A stretch of 64,000 nt of DNA, taken from positions 75,765 through 139,764 of the forward strand of contig CAKUXV010000004.1 of NCBI GenBank assembly GCA_934700895.1. Direction: 5' to 3'. The position numbers and the translations under genes were made by a program. The DNA is from an uncultured Bacilli bacterium. Its GTDB lineage: Bacteria > Bacillota_I > Bacilli_A > RFN20 > CAG-826. Of this stretch, positions 38,482 through 47,703 are shown piece by piece (position 1 is the first letter of the stretch; each line of letters begins with the position of its first letter). The notes beneath the pieces were generated by a model, which saw nothing but the letters and a program-made list of their open reading frames with translations, had not been told where the DNA came from and did not search any database.

Positions 38482-38771
38482 AAATAAAACCTCCACTTCT
38501 ATTTTAGCAGGCATGGGGAAAGGCGGATAAAGGAACGCTTATCCATCACCACCATTAGGGGTTGTAACCTAAAAAGTGTAGTCCCTACACTCTACAATTC
38601 GTGTTTGGTATCAAAAAGCGAAACGTTTAACGACATTAGAAATACGCTGCTATCCAGTTTTCGTTGACAAACACTTCATCCATTTATAAGCGCCAAGAGG
38701 TTGATAGTTAAGGGTAAAATTTTTTAAGTATCAGAATGTTAGTACTTACAAATTCCTATTTTGACGAATAT

Positions 38772-39888
38772 TTAAGAACGCACTCCACCCAGAACCATCG
38801 ACTCCTCTAGCACATTTTTGCATTTTTGAATGATGGCTTTTGCTTCATCCATATTTAACCGATTGTTTTTTGCCACTAGAAGCATGTCTTGATCCGTAAT
38901 CCCCTTGCCTTTGCCATTAACCGATGCAGTGTGTTCCCCGAAATAGGTCCGCCCAGGTGTAATGTCATAAGCGGGGGACAGACGATACACTTTATTTGCA
39001 GCGTCAAACAAAAACGAAAAATTCTTCGCGTGATCGTCTTGGTTATCAATGAGAACATTAAAAACCATTCTTCGATACATCTCCGCGACCTCTTCATTAT
39101 CTTCGGTTAAGATTCTAGTCAGCTTAATCAAGTCATTATAATCCAATACAGGGGCACGAAAATCGCATTCCAACAATGCGGCGGCACTGATCATATGGAC
39201 CTTATCATTTTGATAACGGTCAAACCTTTTAATTAGGAAATACTTTCCGCCTTTTTCCGATGTGACTAATTCGATATCCGGAATACGGATTCCGCACGAT
39301 TTGGAGAGAGACATGTATCGGAATTCAAGATCGGCGATGTCTTTTGTATCAAAACGGGAAGAAAATTTGACAATCCAGTCTTCGCCTTTATAACGAATCA
39401 AGGATTTTGGTCTAGCCCCGCCGCTAGATCCACCCAGCGAATAAAGAGTATCAATGTCTTGTACTTCTTTCGAATCCAATAAAGCATTGCATTCTTCTTG
39501 AATCAGATCGAAATCGATGATGTCCGGTTTGGCGGCTTGGCTAAAATCAGGCGCATATTCAAGCAAGCCCATCCCGGATGACCCTACATAAGCCAATCGG
39601 TCGAGAGGAGACAGGGATCGTATATCGATCTTCTTTTGTCTCTAAAAACGCTCTAGCAGCAATTCACCATAACTGTCAGGGAGGGAATCCGCAAACACCC
39701 CAAATAGGCCTCTAAAATAAGGGGAGGACGACACAAACAACCGTCTAGATAACGGGAGTTTAAATGGATTAAGAGAAAATCCGTTTTGAACCCATTCGTC
39801 ACTATATTAAAAAGCGATTCGGTGATCTTTGGTTAAAGCCAACGTACCAACCAATGTTTTATTTGCCAATACGTCAATCTTCTTGATC
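38772..39888 (-). pseudogene. hipA: HipA-family Ser/Thr kinase toxin gene: one continuous ~372-codon frame interrupted by two in-frame stop codons (TAA at codon 28, TAG at codon 85)
   Basis: Hand translation of the minus strand gives 'MIKKIDVLANKTLVGTLALTKDHRIAF*YSDEWVQNGFSLNPFKLPLSRRLFVSSSPYFRGLFGVFADSLPDSYGELLLERF*RQKKIDIRSLSPLDRLAYVGSSGMGLLEY...' with no frameshift. The N-terminal pattern matches the HipA N-subdomain (…VG.L…F.Y.PEW…SLSLPL…F..LLPD). Downstream the P-loop-like 'SLGGSSGGARPK' and catalytic 'DNQDDHAKNFS' match HipA 'AGAQEK' and 'DDHxKNFS'. The ATG overlaps the last codons of the upstream XRE gene. Confidence 0.65.
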
Positions 39889-40164
39889 ATGCAAAACCTC
39901 CTCGATGGACGTATATTCTTTGCGAACCTCAAATAAGCGATCTAAGTCTTCGTAAAGTCGAAGACTCATTGCAATTTTGATGAAAGAAGCAAAAGAGATA
40001 TCCCCCGTATTTTCAAATTTTCTTATCGTGGCATACGGAACACCAGAAAGAACGGAAAGACGCTTTTGGGATATCTTCCTGTTTTTTCGAATCGCAACGA
40101 GGCGTTTTGCGATTTCCATTTGTTGTTCGTAATAAGTTTTAAAAAGTAATGCTTGTTCTTCCAT
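39874..40164 (-). CDS. hipB: XRE-family HTH transcriptional regulator (HipB-like antitoxin)
   Basis: 96-aa product with a canonical HTH_XRE ('IRKNRKISQKRLSVLSGVPYATIRKFENTG'). Its stop overlaps the hipA-like ATG by 17 nt, and a duplicated palindromic operator lies immediately upstream. Confidence 0.75.
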   Translation of the reverse strand: MEEQALLFKTYYEQQMEIAKRLVAIRKNRKISQKRLSVLSGVPYATIRKFENTGDISFASFIKIAMSLRLYEDLDRLFEVRKEYTSIEEVLHDQED

Positions 40165-40222
40165 TTGCTACTATAATAGCACTTTTTTATCATTCTTTAA
40201 ATTTTTTGCTACTATAATAGCA
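40165..40222. promoter_or_regulatory. Two identical 17-bp copies of TTGCTACTATAATAGCA (imperfect palindrome containing TATAAT) upstream of the XRE gene: putative promoter/operator pair
   Basis: Copies lie at 40165-40181 and 40206-40222, 41 bp apart. The first abuts the XRE start codon with no Shine-Dalgarno sequence, suggesting a leaderless transcript and autorepression. Confidence 0.5.
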
Positions 40223-40239
40223 GTTTAGTGACAAAGAGT

Positions 40240-40731
40240 TTAATAAATGATTCCTTGTTTGTTCGTCGTAGGAACAGCGATATTAATTTCGGAGGAGCTG
40301 AAGTCAAAAACGCATTTTCCGACGTTAAAGGAGATGTGCAGCACATCATCCACTTCAGAATAATGGAATTCATCCGTCATATCGGCCATCCGATCTTCGA
40401 TTTCCGTATTGGTCGAATTCATTGTTAATCCATAGACCGTAATTTCGGGGTCCGTGATATGGATACGAGTAATCGCCCGCTTATCTTCGGCATCGGGATA
40501 ACCAGACGACAAATAAGTAACGTGAACAGCGGGTGCAACGGCCATATCTCCACTTGTGTCTGCAACATATCGATGGTCGAGGTATTCTTCCGCTCCAAAC
40601 CAACCCGGCAGAAGCGTGCAGCCTTTTTCTTTGAATTCCTGGCTTTCCACTCTTTCCGTAACCCAAAATTCAAGGCTGGTATCCGCGGGTTTCTTCAAAT
40701 AGAAAGTGGAACAGCTAAACAATGTAGCCAT
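40240..40731 (-). CDS. Hypothetical protein (163 aa), acidic, no recognisable domain
   Basis: Intact ORF between the TA module and a GC-richer noncoding stretch. No signal peptide or motif recognised. Confidence 0.45.
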   Translation of the reverse strand: MATLFSCSTFYLKKPADTSLEFWVTERVESQEFKEKGCTLLPGWFGAEEYLDHRYVADTSGDMAVAPAVHVTYLSSGYPDAEDKRAITRIHITDPEITVYGLTMNSTNTEIEDRMADMTDEFHYSEVDDVLHISFNVGKCVFDFSSSEINIAVPTTNKQGIIY

Positions 40732-41013
40732 TAAAGGTAATGTCGAAACAAAAGCAGGGGTTAATTTGCTGGTTTTTATGTATCCATTTTATTCGTGAGT
40801 CCAAAATTGTCAATTGCCGATTGGAAAAGCGGGTAGAAAGCGGCGCAAAGCTCATGGCAAGGGGCTGGCGGCATTCTTGCCATTTTGGCAAGTTCAAATT
40901 AAAGATATTGCCATATGATTGCTCCAATCGGCATAGGCAACGTATCAGTCGCCTACACGCTTGCATATAAATTCATCTAATTAGCAGCCAACTGAGGGAA
41001 ATTTTTCTTATAA

Positions 41014-41286
41014 TTGGCTAATCTAAAGTTGTACTTTAAAAAGTCAAAAGAAGTATTTCGATATGCCACTAAAGGCGAAATCGACCTTATCCTTTCGGAA
41101 AACGGGATTCTTTACCCCATTGCAATTAAGCTGAGTTCTTCTCCTAATGCTGAAATGGCCTCTCCTTTCGATGTTTTGGACAAGATACCCGACCAAAAAA
41201 GAGGCATGGGAGCCATCGTTTGCCTTTATGATAAGGAATTATACCTAAGAGATAATCACGTGGTTCTTCCTGCGGAATATATTTAA
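41014..41286 (+). pseudogene. C-terminal fragment of a DUF4143-type AAA+ ATPase gene (truncated remnant)
   Basis: The 90-aa ORF ('...GEIDLILSENGILYPIAIKLSSSPN...') resembles the C-terminal DUF4143 region of the full-length homologue at the window's end. The N-terminal two-thirds are absent. Confidence 0.45.
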
Positions 41287-41431
41287 GACCCTCTATTGCA
41301 ATTCCATGCGACAATAGATTCTCATTTATATAATCAAGCATAGAAAAAAGCCGCCAATTTTGACGACCTTTTAATGATTTCATCGAGTGTATGCAACGGA
41401 TTATCGTTCTGTCACATCTGCCCCATCAAGA

Positions 41432-41656
41432 TTACTTGACGTCGGGAAGCAGACCCATGAAGCGGGCGTTCTTAATCGCCGTGGCGACTTGGCGCTGATA
41501 CTTGGCGCTGGTGCCGGTGATGGAACGCGGGGTGATCTTGCCGTCGGGTCCAATGAAGCGAGAGAGAGTCTCGACATCTTTGTAGTCGACGTATTTGATC
41601 TTGTTCTTCTTGAAATAGCAAACCTTACGGCGTGCACGGGTTTTTCTAAAAGCCAT
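41432..41656 (-). CDS. rpsR: 30S ribosomal protein S18
   Basis: 74 aa '[35 protein letters not shown]...': canonical S18. Confidence 0.9.
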   Translation of the reverse strand: MAFRKTRARRKVCYFKKNKIKYVDYKDVETLSRFIGPDGKITPRSITGTSAKYQRQVATAIKNARFMGLLPDVK

Positions 41657-41682
41657 TGTTCTTTACCTTTCCGGGCAGTTCC

Positions 41683-42144
41683 TTAGAAGGGAAGATCATC
41701 TTCCATCAAAGGATCGAGATTATTGGAAGTCGATGGGTTGCCCTGTGGTTTGACCGAGTTGTCCGGCGCGTTATAGGACGAGCCGACATCCGGGGTATAT
41801 CCGGAATCGTTCTCCGAAACACCATTCGAGGCTTTGGGCTCCATGAGCTCAATGCGCTCGGCAACGATTTCGGTGGAAGTCACCTCAACGTTGGAATCCC
41901 GACGCGTGTATTTGCGTTGGGTGAGACGACCAACGACGCCAACCAAAGATCCCTTGTGGGTGAACTTCGAGACGACGTCTGCCTGTTTTCCAAAAACGGA
42001 AACCGGCATGAAGATGGTGGTCTTTTGACCTCCACGACGCTCATCGGACGCAATGGTGAAGGAAGCCACGGTCATACCCGAGGTGGTGGAGCGGGTTTCG
42101 GGGTCGCGGGTCAGGCGACCAACTAGAACGACATTGTTAAGCAT
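41683..42144 (-). CDS. ssb: Single-stranded DNA-binding protein
   Basis: N-terminal OB fold 'MLNNVVLVGRLTRDPETRSTTSG', a Gly/Asn/Pro-rich linker and the C-terminal acidic tip '...DDLPF'. Confidence 0.9.
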   Translation of the reverse strand: MLNNVVLVGRLTRDPETRSTTSGMTVASFTIASDERRGGQKTTIFMPVSVFGKQADVVSKFTHKGSLVGVVGRLTQRKYTRRDSNVEVTSTEIVAERIELMEPKASNGVSENDSGYTPDVGSSYNAPDNSVKPQGNPSTSNNLDPLMEDDLPF

Positions 42145-42162
42145 GTGTTATCCTCCTGCTGC

Positions 42163-42450
42163 TTAGTCTTTATCAACGGTGATAAGGAAACGGATAACAA
42201 GATTGTCGAGACGGACCAAACGCTTGAATTCTTCAAGGCAGGCATTGTCGGCAGAGATCTTTTCGACAACGTAGTAGCCTTTCTTCAAATCGTGGATCGG
42301 GCTCGCAAACTCACGGACTCCCATCTCCTTGCTGTCACGAACAACGCCTTTGTTGTCGGTGAGGATCTTGTGGAGCTTTTCAATTTCAGCCTTTCTGCTG
42401 GCATCGTCGAGATCCGCAGAGAGGATGAACATGAGTTCATATTTTCCCAT
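42163..42450 (-). CDS. rpsF: 30S ribosomal protein S6
   Basis: Start trimmed to 'MGKYELMFILSADLDD' with an AGGAGG ribosome-binding site upstream. The tracked ORF is N-extended. Confidence 0.9.
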   Translation of the reverse strand: MGKYELMFILSADLDDASRKAEIEKLHKILTDNKGVVRDSKEMGVREFASPIHDLKKGYYVVEKISADNACLEEFKRLVRLDNLVIRFLITVDKD

Positions 42451-42760
42451 AGTGTTTGCACCTCCTAATTTCGGTCTAGGGTCGCATCGAAATCGTACGA
42501 CCATAGAAGTGTGTGCCGTATCCTTCAAAAACGGCAAACGCCATTATAAAGGGGGTAAGGGGGATAATCAATCTTAGACTTACCTAATTGTTTCCTTTCC
42601 TCTTGGATGAGACGACCTTTTGCCCATAACAAGAAGTCGCCCCACTATTTCTATAACCGAAAAAGAAATGATTATGACGAAACTTGTTTCCAAATTTTAG
42701 GTTTGAAATGTAAATATTTTTTCCGAATTCCTTCGATAAAATCGAGATAATTAGAAGTGA

Positions 42761-42786
42761 TAAAAAATGCCACGTTTCGTGGCATT
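42761..42786 (-). terminator. Rho-independent terminator downstream of lysS
   Basis: ATGCCACG-AAA-CGTGGCAT hairpin followed on the minus strand by TTTTTTAT. Confidence 0.6.
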
Positions 42787-42806
42787 CTTTGGATGACTTT
42801 TTGGCC

Positions 42807-44294
42807 TTATTTTTCGTCCTTCATCGTTGGGAAGAGAAGGACTTCGCGGATATTTTGCACATTGCAGAAGAGCATGCAGGTGCGGTCGATGCCGACCCCG
42901 ATTCCTCCCGCGGGAGGCATGCCGTATTTCAAAGCGTCGAGGAAGGTGTAGTCAATATCGTTGGCTTCTTCGTCTCCGCGGTTTCTCGCGGCAAGCTGGG
43001 CTTGGAAACGTTCCATTTGGTCGAAGGGGTTATTGAGTTCGCTGTAGGAATTGCCGAATTCAAATCCACCGATGAAGAACTCGAAACGTTCCACAAAGCG
43101 AGGATCCGCGCACTTCTTGGTAAGCGGAGAGACTTCGATCGGATAGGTGTGGATGAACGTCGGTTGGACAAGACTCTTTTCCACGAATTCATCGAAGAAG
43201 GCCTGCATGATATAACCGGTGCTGTTCCAGCTCTTTTGGAGGGGGACGTTATGCTCTTTGGCGAGTTTAACGGCGTCTTCAAACGAGATGTCGTCGGTGA
43301 AGTCGATGCCGGTTTTTTCTTTGATGGCTTCAGCCATGGAAATCCAGCGGAAGGGTTTGGAGAAATCGATTTCGATGTCGCCCCATTGGATTTTGTCTTT
43401 GCCACAAATCTTCTCGGCGAGGTCTTTGAAGAGTCCTTCCGTCCATTCTCTCATGGATTGGAGGTCGCCATAAGCCTGATAGAGCTCAATAGTCGTGAAT
43501 TCGGGGTTATGGCGGACGTCGATGCCTTCGTTACGGAAGATGCGTCCGATTTCATAAACGCGGTCAATGCCGCCAATCATCGCTTTCTTAAGGTTCAATT
43601 CGGTCGCGATGCGAAGATAGAAATCCTTGTCCAAGGCGTTGTGATGGGTGATGAACGGACGAGCCGAGGCACCACCAGCAATCGGAGACAAAACTGGGGT
43701 TTCGACTTCGAGGAATCCGAGGTTATCGCAATAGCGGCGAACCTCGGAAAGAATACGGGAACGGGTGATGGCGACTTTACGGGATTCTTCGTTGACGATC
43801 ATGTCGACATAACGGTGACGGAAACGCTCTTCCGGGTCGGTTAAGCCATGGAATTTTTCAGGCAACGGCTTCAAGCATTTGGACAAATGAGTGTAATGCT
43901 CCACATGGATGGTGAGTTCGCCGGTTTGGGATTTCATCAAAGTGCCCTCTAATCCGGCCACGTCGCCTAAATCCGACAATTTAAAAACCTTGTAGTTCTC
44001 TTCTCCAACGGATTGAAGGCCAATCCAGAATTGGATGGAGGCATATTCATCGTGGATGTTGCCAAAAGCGGCTTTGCCCATCTTGCGGAGGGCCATTAAG
44101 CGTCCAGCCACATTGACTTTGATGTCTTTTTCTTTGAGTTCTTCCGCGCTCAATTCGCCGTAATTGGCACGGAGATCGCGGATCTGGTCTTTCCAGTCAT
44201 AACGGCTGCCAAACGGATCCACGCCGAGTTCGCGGTAACGAGGAAGCTTATCGATGCGAGCTTTCTCTTGGTCAGTTAATTTTTCTTCGATCAT
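42807..44294 (-). CDS. lysS: Lysyl-tRNA synthetase (class II)
   Basis: 495 aa with an N-terminal anticodon-binding OB domain and class II motifs ('...FRNEGIDVRHNPEFT...', motif 3 '...GGIGVGIDRTCMLF'). Confidence 0.9.
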   Translation of the reverse strand: MIEEKLTDQEKARIDKLPRYRELGVDPFGSRYDWKDQIRDLRANYGELSAEELKEKDIKVNVAGRLMALRKMGKAAFGNIHDEYASIQFWIGLQSVGEENYKVFKLSDLGDVAGLEGTLMKSQTGELTIHVEHYTHLSKCLKPLPEKFHGLTDPEERFRHRYVDMIVNEESRKVAITRSRILSEVRRYCDNLGFLEVETPVLSPIAGGASARPFITHHNALDKDFYLRIATELNLKKAMIGGIDRVYEIGRIFRNEGIDVRHNPEFTTIELYQAYGDLQSMREWTEGLFKDLAEKICGKDKIQWGDIEIDFSKPFRWISMAEAIKEKTGIDFTDDISFEDAVKLAKEHNVPLQKSWNSTGYIMQAFFDEFVEKSLVQPTFIHTYPIEVSPLTKKCADPRFVERFEFFIGGFEFGNSYSELNNPFDQMERFQAQLAARNRGDEEANDIDYTFLDALKYGMPPAGGIGVGIDRTCMLFCNVQNIREVLLFPTMKDEK

Positions 44295-44337
44295 GTTGTC
44301 GTCCCCCTTATGGGCGAAGGTATCTTACTCTAGTTCA

Positions 44338-44366
44338 CGAAAAAAGGGAACGCGTAGCGGTCCCTA
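44338..44366 (-). terminator. Putative rho-independent terminator between glyA and lysS
   Basis: Minus-strand GGGACCGC-TAC-GCGTTCCC followed by TTTTTTCG. Confidence 0.5.
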
Positions 44367-44377
44367 TTTCTCCCTTT

Positions 44378-45628
44378 TTAGGCGTGAGGTTGATGTAAAT
44401 CCGTGACGTCTTTCCACGAACTAGTGATACCACGTACCTCTTCTTTTAACTTTTCGGCGTCTTTTCCCTGCCCCGATAAGCAAGCGTAAATCAAACGAGC
44501 GATTTGACGGGCTTGGGCCTCATTGCAACCGCGAGTGGTGACCGCGGCAAAGCCAATGCGTAGGCCAGAGCATTCGCTCGGCTTCAAGGTATCCCCGTGA
44601 ATCATGTTCTTGTTCGTAGTGATTCCAATTTCTTCCAAACGGGCTTGTGCTTCTTTCCCCGTGATTCCAAAGGAAGCCAAAACGTTAAGCAGGAACAAGT
44701 GATTATCCGTTCCACTGACCGAGCAGCCTAAAGAACGAAGTTCATCATCGCAGGCTTTGGTATTGGTTAATACCTGGGCCATATATTCTTTGAATGCAGG
44801 CTGCAAATCTTCGCCAAAGCAAGCGGCTTTTGCGGCGATAATGTGTTCTAATGGGCCACCTTGGGTATAGGGGAAGACCGCACTTTTGATGGGTTTGATC
44901 CATTTCTCGTCATTCGTAAGAATCATGCCTCCACGGGGCCCACGGAGAGTCTTGTGCGTCGTGGTCGTCACGATATCGGCATACAGGCAAGGATTTTGGG
45001 TTAACCCCGCAGCGATGATGCCGGCGATATGGGCCATATCCACCATGAAATAGCAATACACGGGCGAATGGGCGTTATGACGGTCCACGAGTTCACGCAA
45101 AGCCTTGAAATCAATTTCATAAGGGTAGGCGCTATAGCCAGCCAAAAGGAGATTGGGGTTCTCTTTTTCGAGGCATTCTTCAATGATTGTTAAATCCAAA
45201 CGTCCATCTTCCCCCAAGGGGTAATGGACGAAGTTATAAGTTTGGGCAGAGAAGGAAACAGGGGACCCATGGGTTAAATGACCGCCGTCATTAAGGATCA
45301 AAGACAACACTTTATCCCCGGGTTTAAGCAAAACGTGATAAGCGGCGAAATTGGCTTGGGAGCCGCTATGAGGTTGGACGTTGGCATATAAGCAATGGAA
45401 CAATTTCTGTGCCCGTTCGGCAGCAAGATTTTCTGCCTCGTCCACGTTTCGACATCCTCCATAATAGCGATGAGCAGGGTACCCTTCCGCATATTTAGCC
45501 ATCAAAATGCTTCCGCTGGCCTCATAGACATCTTTGGAGGGGTAGTTCTCGCTGGCAATGAGCTCAATGCCATTATTTTGCCTTTGTTTTTCTTCTTCAA
45601 AAATTCGTTCTAAAACCTTATCTTCCAT
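44378..45628 (-). CDS. glyA: Serine hydroxymethyltransferase
   Basis: Start trimmed to 'MEDKVLERIFEEEKQRQNNGIELIASENY'. PLP-lysine region 'TTTTHKTLRGPRGG' is present. Confidence 0.9.
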   Translation of the reverse strand: MEDKVLERIFEEEKQRQNNGIELIASENYPSKDVYEASGSILMAKYAEGYPAHRYYGGCRNVDEAENLAAERAQKLFHCLYANVQPHSGSQANFAAYHVLLKPGDKVLSLILNDGGHLTHGSPVSFSAQTYNFVHYPLGEDGRLDLTIIEECLEKENPNLLLAGYSAYPYEIDFKALRELVDRHNAHSPVYCYFMVDMAHIAGIIAAGLTQNPCLYADIVTTTTHKTLRGPRGGMILTNDEKWIKPIKSAVFPYTQGGPLEHIIAAKAACFGEDLQPAFKEYMAQVLTNTKACDDELRSLGCSVSGTDNHLFLLNVLASFGITGKEAQARLEEIGITTNKNMIHGDTLKPSECSGLRIGFAAVTTRGCNEAQARQIARLIYACLSGQGKDAEKLKEEVRGITSSWKDVTDLHQPHA

Positions 45629-45747
45629 GGTGAGTTGTCCTCGTTTCCAACATTGTATTCGCAATGAAAGAAAATAGAAATGAGTCAAAAGAAAAAGCGG
45701 TATACACCGAACAAAATCTAGGGTGAATACCGCGATTTTTCTTTCCT

Positions 45748-47703
45748 TTATTCGGTAGCTTTGCCGCCGGTGTAAAGCTGATAATATTTCCCTTTTTCTT
45801 CTAGTAACGATTCATGAGAGCCACGTTCGATGATTCGACCGTTTTCTAGAACCATGATGACATCCGAATTTTGAATCGTGGACAAGCGGTGAGCGATGAC
45901 GAAGACGGTACGTCCCTTCATAATCGCATCCATCCCCTGCTGAACCAACTTCTCGGTACGGCTATCGATGGAGGAAGTCGCTTCATCCAGAATCAAAATC
46001 GGCGGGTTGGCACAAGCGGCCCGGGCAATCGAAATCAATTGGCGTTGCCCTTGGGATAAGCCCGCTCCCGCACCATGGAGCAAGGTGTCATATCCTTGTG
46101 GCAACATGCGAATGAAGTTATCCGCGTTAGCTAGTTTAGCCGCGTGAACCACTTCTTCATCCGTGGCGTTAGGATTGCCATAACGGATATTGTCCTTCAC
46201 GGTTCCAGTAAAGAGATTCGTATCCTGCAAGACCATGCCAATAGCAATGCGGAGGTCATGCTTCTTGATTTTGTTGATGTTAATGTCATCAATGCGGATT
46301 TTGCCGTCAGCGATGTCATAGAAGCGGGACAGGAGGTTGGTAATCGTTGTTTTTCCTGCTCCAGTAGGTCCAACAAACGCCACTTTCTGACCCGGTTCGG
46401 CATAAAGGGTAATGTTATGAAGAACCGTCTTTTCAGGGACATAGCCAAAATCGACATCGTACATGTTGACTTTGCCCTTCATCCACGTATAGGTCGTCTT
46501 CGATCCATCCGTATGGGGATGCTTCCACGCCCATTTTCCGGTATACGTATCGCTTTCTTTTGGATTTCCGTTCGCATCTTCGCTGGCGCGAACTAAGGTG
46601 ACATAGCCTTCATCGATTTCGCTCGGTTCATCCATGATTCCAAAGATGCGGGAAGCGCCAGCCATTGCCATGACAAGGAAATTGATTTGGTTGGCAATCA
46701 TCATAATCGGCATGGTGAAGGAACGGCCTAATCCAAGGAAAGTGACGATGACGCCAACGCCAATCGTCGGCCAAGAAAAGGCAATACCGATTCCGCCTAG
46801 CAAAACGATCGTGCAATAAAGCAAATTCGAAATGTTGTTCACGACCGGGCCAAGAATCGAGGAGAAGCGTTGAGCTTGAGTCGTAAACATGCAAAGCTCT
46901 TCGTTCAATTCGTCAAAGCCGGCTTCCGCCGCTTTTTCGTGGTTAAAGACTTTGATAACCTTCTGTCCACTGACCATCTCTTCGACGTATCCATCCACTT
47001 TCCCTAAAGCCGCTTGTTGGCCGACGAAGAAATGGGCGGAACGTTTGGTGATGAACAAAACAATCGCAACGATGATGGCGGTGAAGCCCAAAACGATGAG
47101 CAATAACACCCAGCTCGCCATAATCATGGCGACAAGGGCCACGATCATCGTGACAATCGAATTCACAAGCATCGGCACGACGCGAGAAGTCATTTCGCGA
47201 AGCGTATCGATGTCATTGGTATAAACGGACATGATGTCACCGTGAGAACGGGAGTCAAAATAACGCAAGGGAAGGGTTTCCATGTGAGAAAACACGCCAT
47301 CGCGAATCCGCTTTTGGGTGCCCTGGCCAATCGTAGAAACCATTAATTGGTATCCATAGGTGGCCAAAACGCCAACCAAATAGATTCCCATCATAATGAA
47401 GATGGCTGTGCCAAAATCAGGTGGCAGGAAAGAAAGTAAAGGTGAATTCGAAGTCGCAAGTTCGCTTTCTTTTCCTAACATCAATAAGACGTAGTGGCCA
47501 ACAACAATTTGGCCCGTAAACAAGGAGCCAACGACGCCGGCAATCGCGCTAATAATGATAAGCAAGGCCGCGCATGGCATTTGCCAGGGGTAATAGTGGA
47601 TCATCATTTTGAAAAGACGACCCATCAAAGAGAAGCTTTGTTTTAACGATAATTTTTGGGCTTTACCCATCTTTTTACTCGGCATCGAAATCACCTCCTC
47701 CAA
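45748..47703 (-). CDS. ABC exporter half-transporter (TMD-NBD), subunit 2 of a heterodimeric multidrug-type exporter
   Basis: Six-TM domain then an NBD with Walker A 'GPTGAGKTT', signature 'LSQGQRQLI' and Walker B 'ILILDEATS'. A roughly 45-aa insertion sits between TMD and NBD. Overlaps the upstream partner. Confidence 0.8.
   Translation of the reverse strand: MEEVISMPSKKMGKAQKLSLKQSFSLMGRLFKMMIHYYPWQMPCAALLIIISAIAGVVGSLFTGQIVVGHYVLLMLGKESELATSNSPLLSFLPPDFGTAIFIMMGIYLVGVLATYGYQLMVSTIGQGTQKRIRDGVFSHMETLPLRYFDSRSHGDIMSVYTNDIDTLREMTSRVVPMLVNSIVTMIVALVAMIMASWVLLLIVLGFTAIIVAIVLFITKRSAHFFVGQQAALGKVDGYVEEMVSGQKVIKVFNHEKAAEAGFDELNEELCMFTTQAQRFSSILGPVVNNISNLLYCTIVLLGGIGIAFSWPTIGVGVIVTFLGLGRSFTMPIMMIANQINFLVMAMAGASRIFGIMDEPSEIDEGYVTLVRASEDANGNPKESDTYTGKWAWKHPHTDGSKTTYTWMKGKVNMYDVDFGYVPEKTVLHNITLYAEPGQKVAFVGPTGAGKTTITNLLSRFYDIADGKIRIDDININKIKKHDLRIAIGMVLQDTNLFTGTVKDNIRYGNPNATDEEVVHAAKLANADNFIRMLPQGYDTLLHGAGAGLSQGQRQLISIARAACANPPILILDEATSSIDSRTEKLVQQGMDAIMKGRTVFVIAHRLSTIQNSDVIMVLENGRIIERGSHESLLEEKGKYYQLYTGGKATE

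Noticed and set aside
39597-39873. Apparent noncoding gap between the XRE gene and the 274-aa HipA-like ORF, considered as a site for an independent small HipS-like gene
   Set aside because: Translation shows it is the same frame as the downstream kinase ORF, interrupted by two stops. The middle segment has no start codon, so it is treated as part of one disrupted hipA rather than a separate gene.
40165-40222. Repeated 17-mer considered as a possible CRISPR or other repeat array
   Set aside because: There are only two copies, each an internal palindrome containing TATAAT directly upstream of an XRE gene. This is an operator/promoter duplication, not an array.
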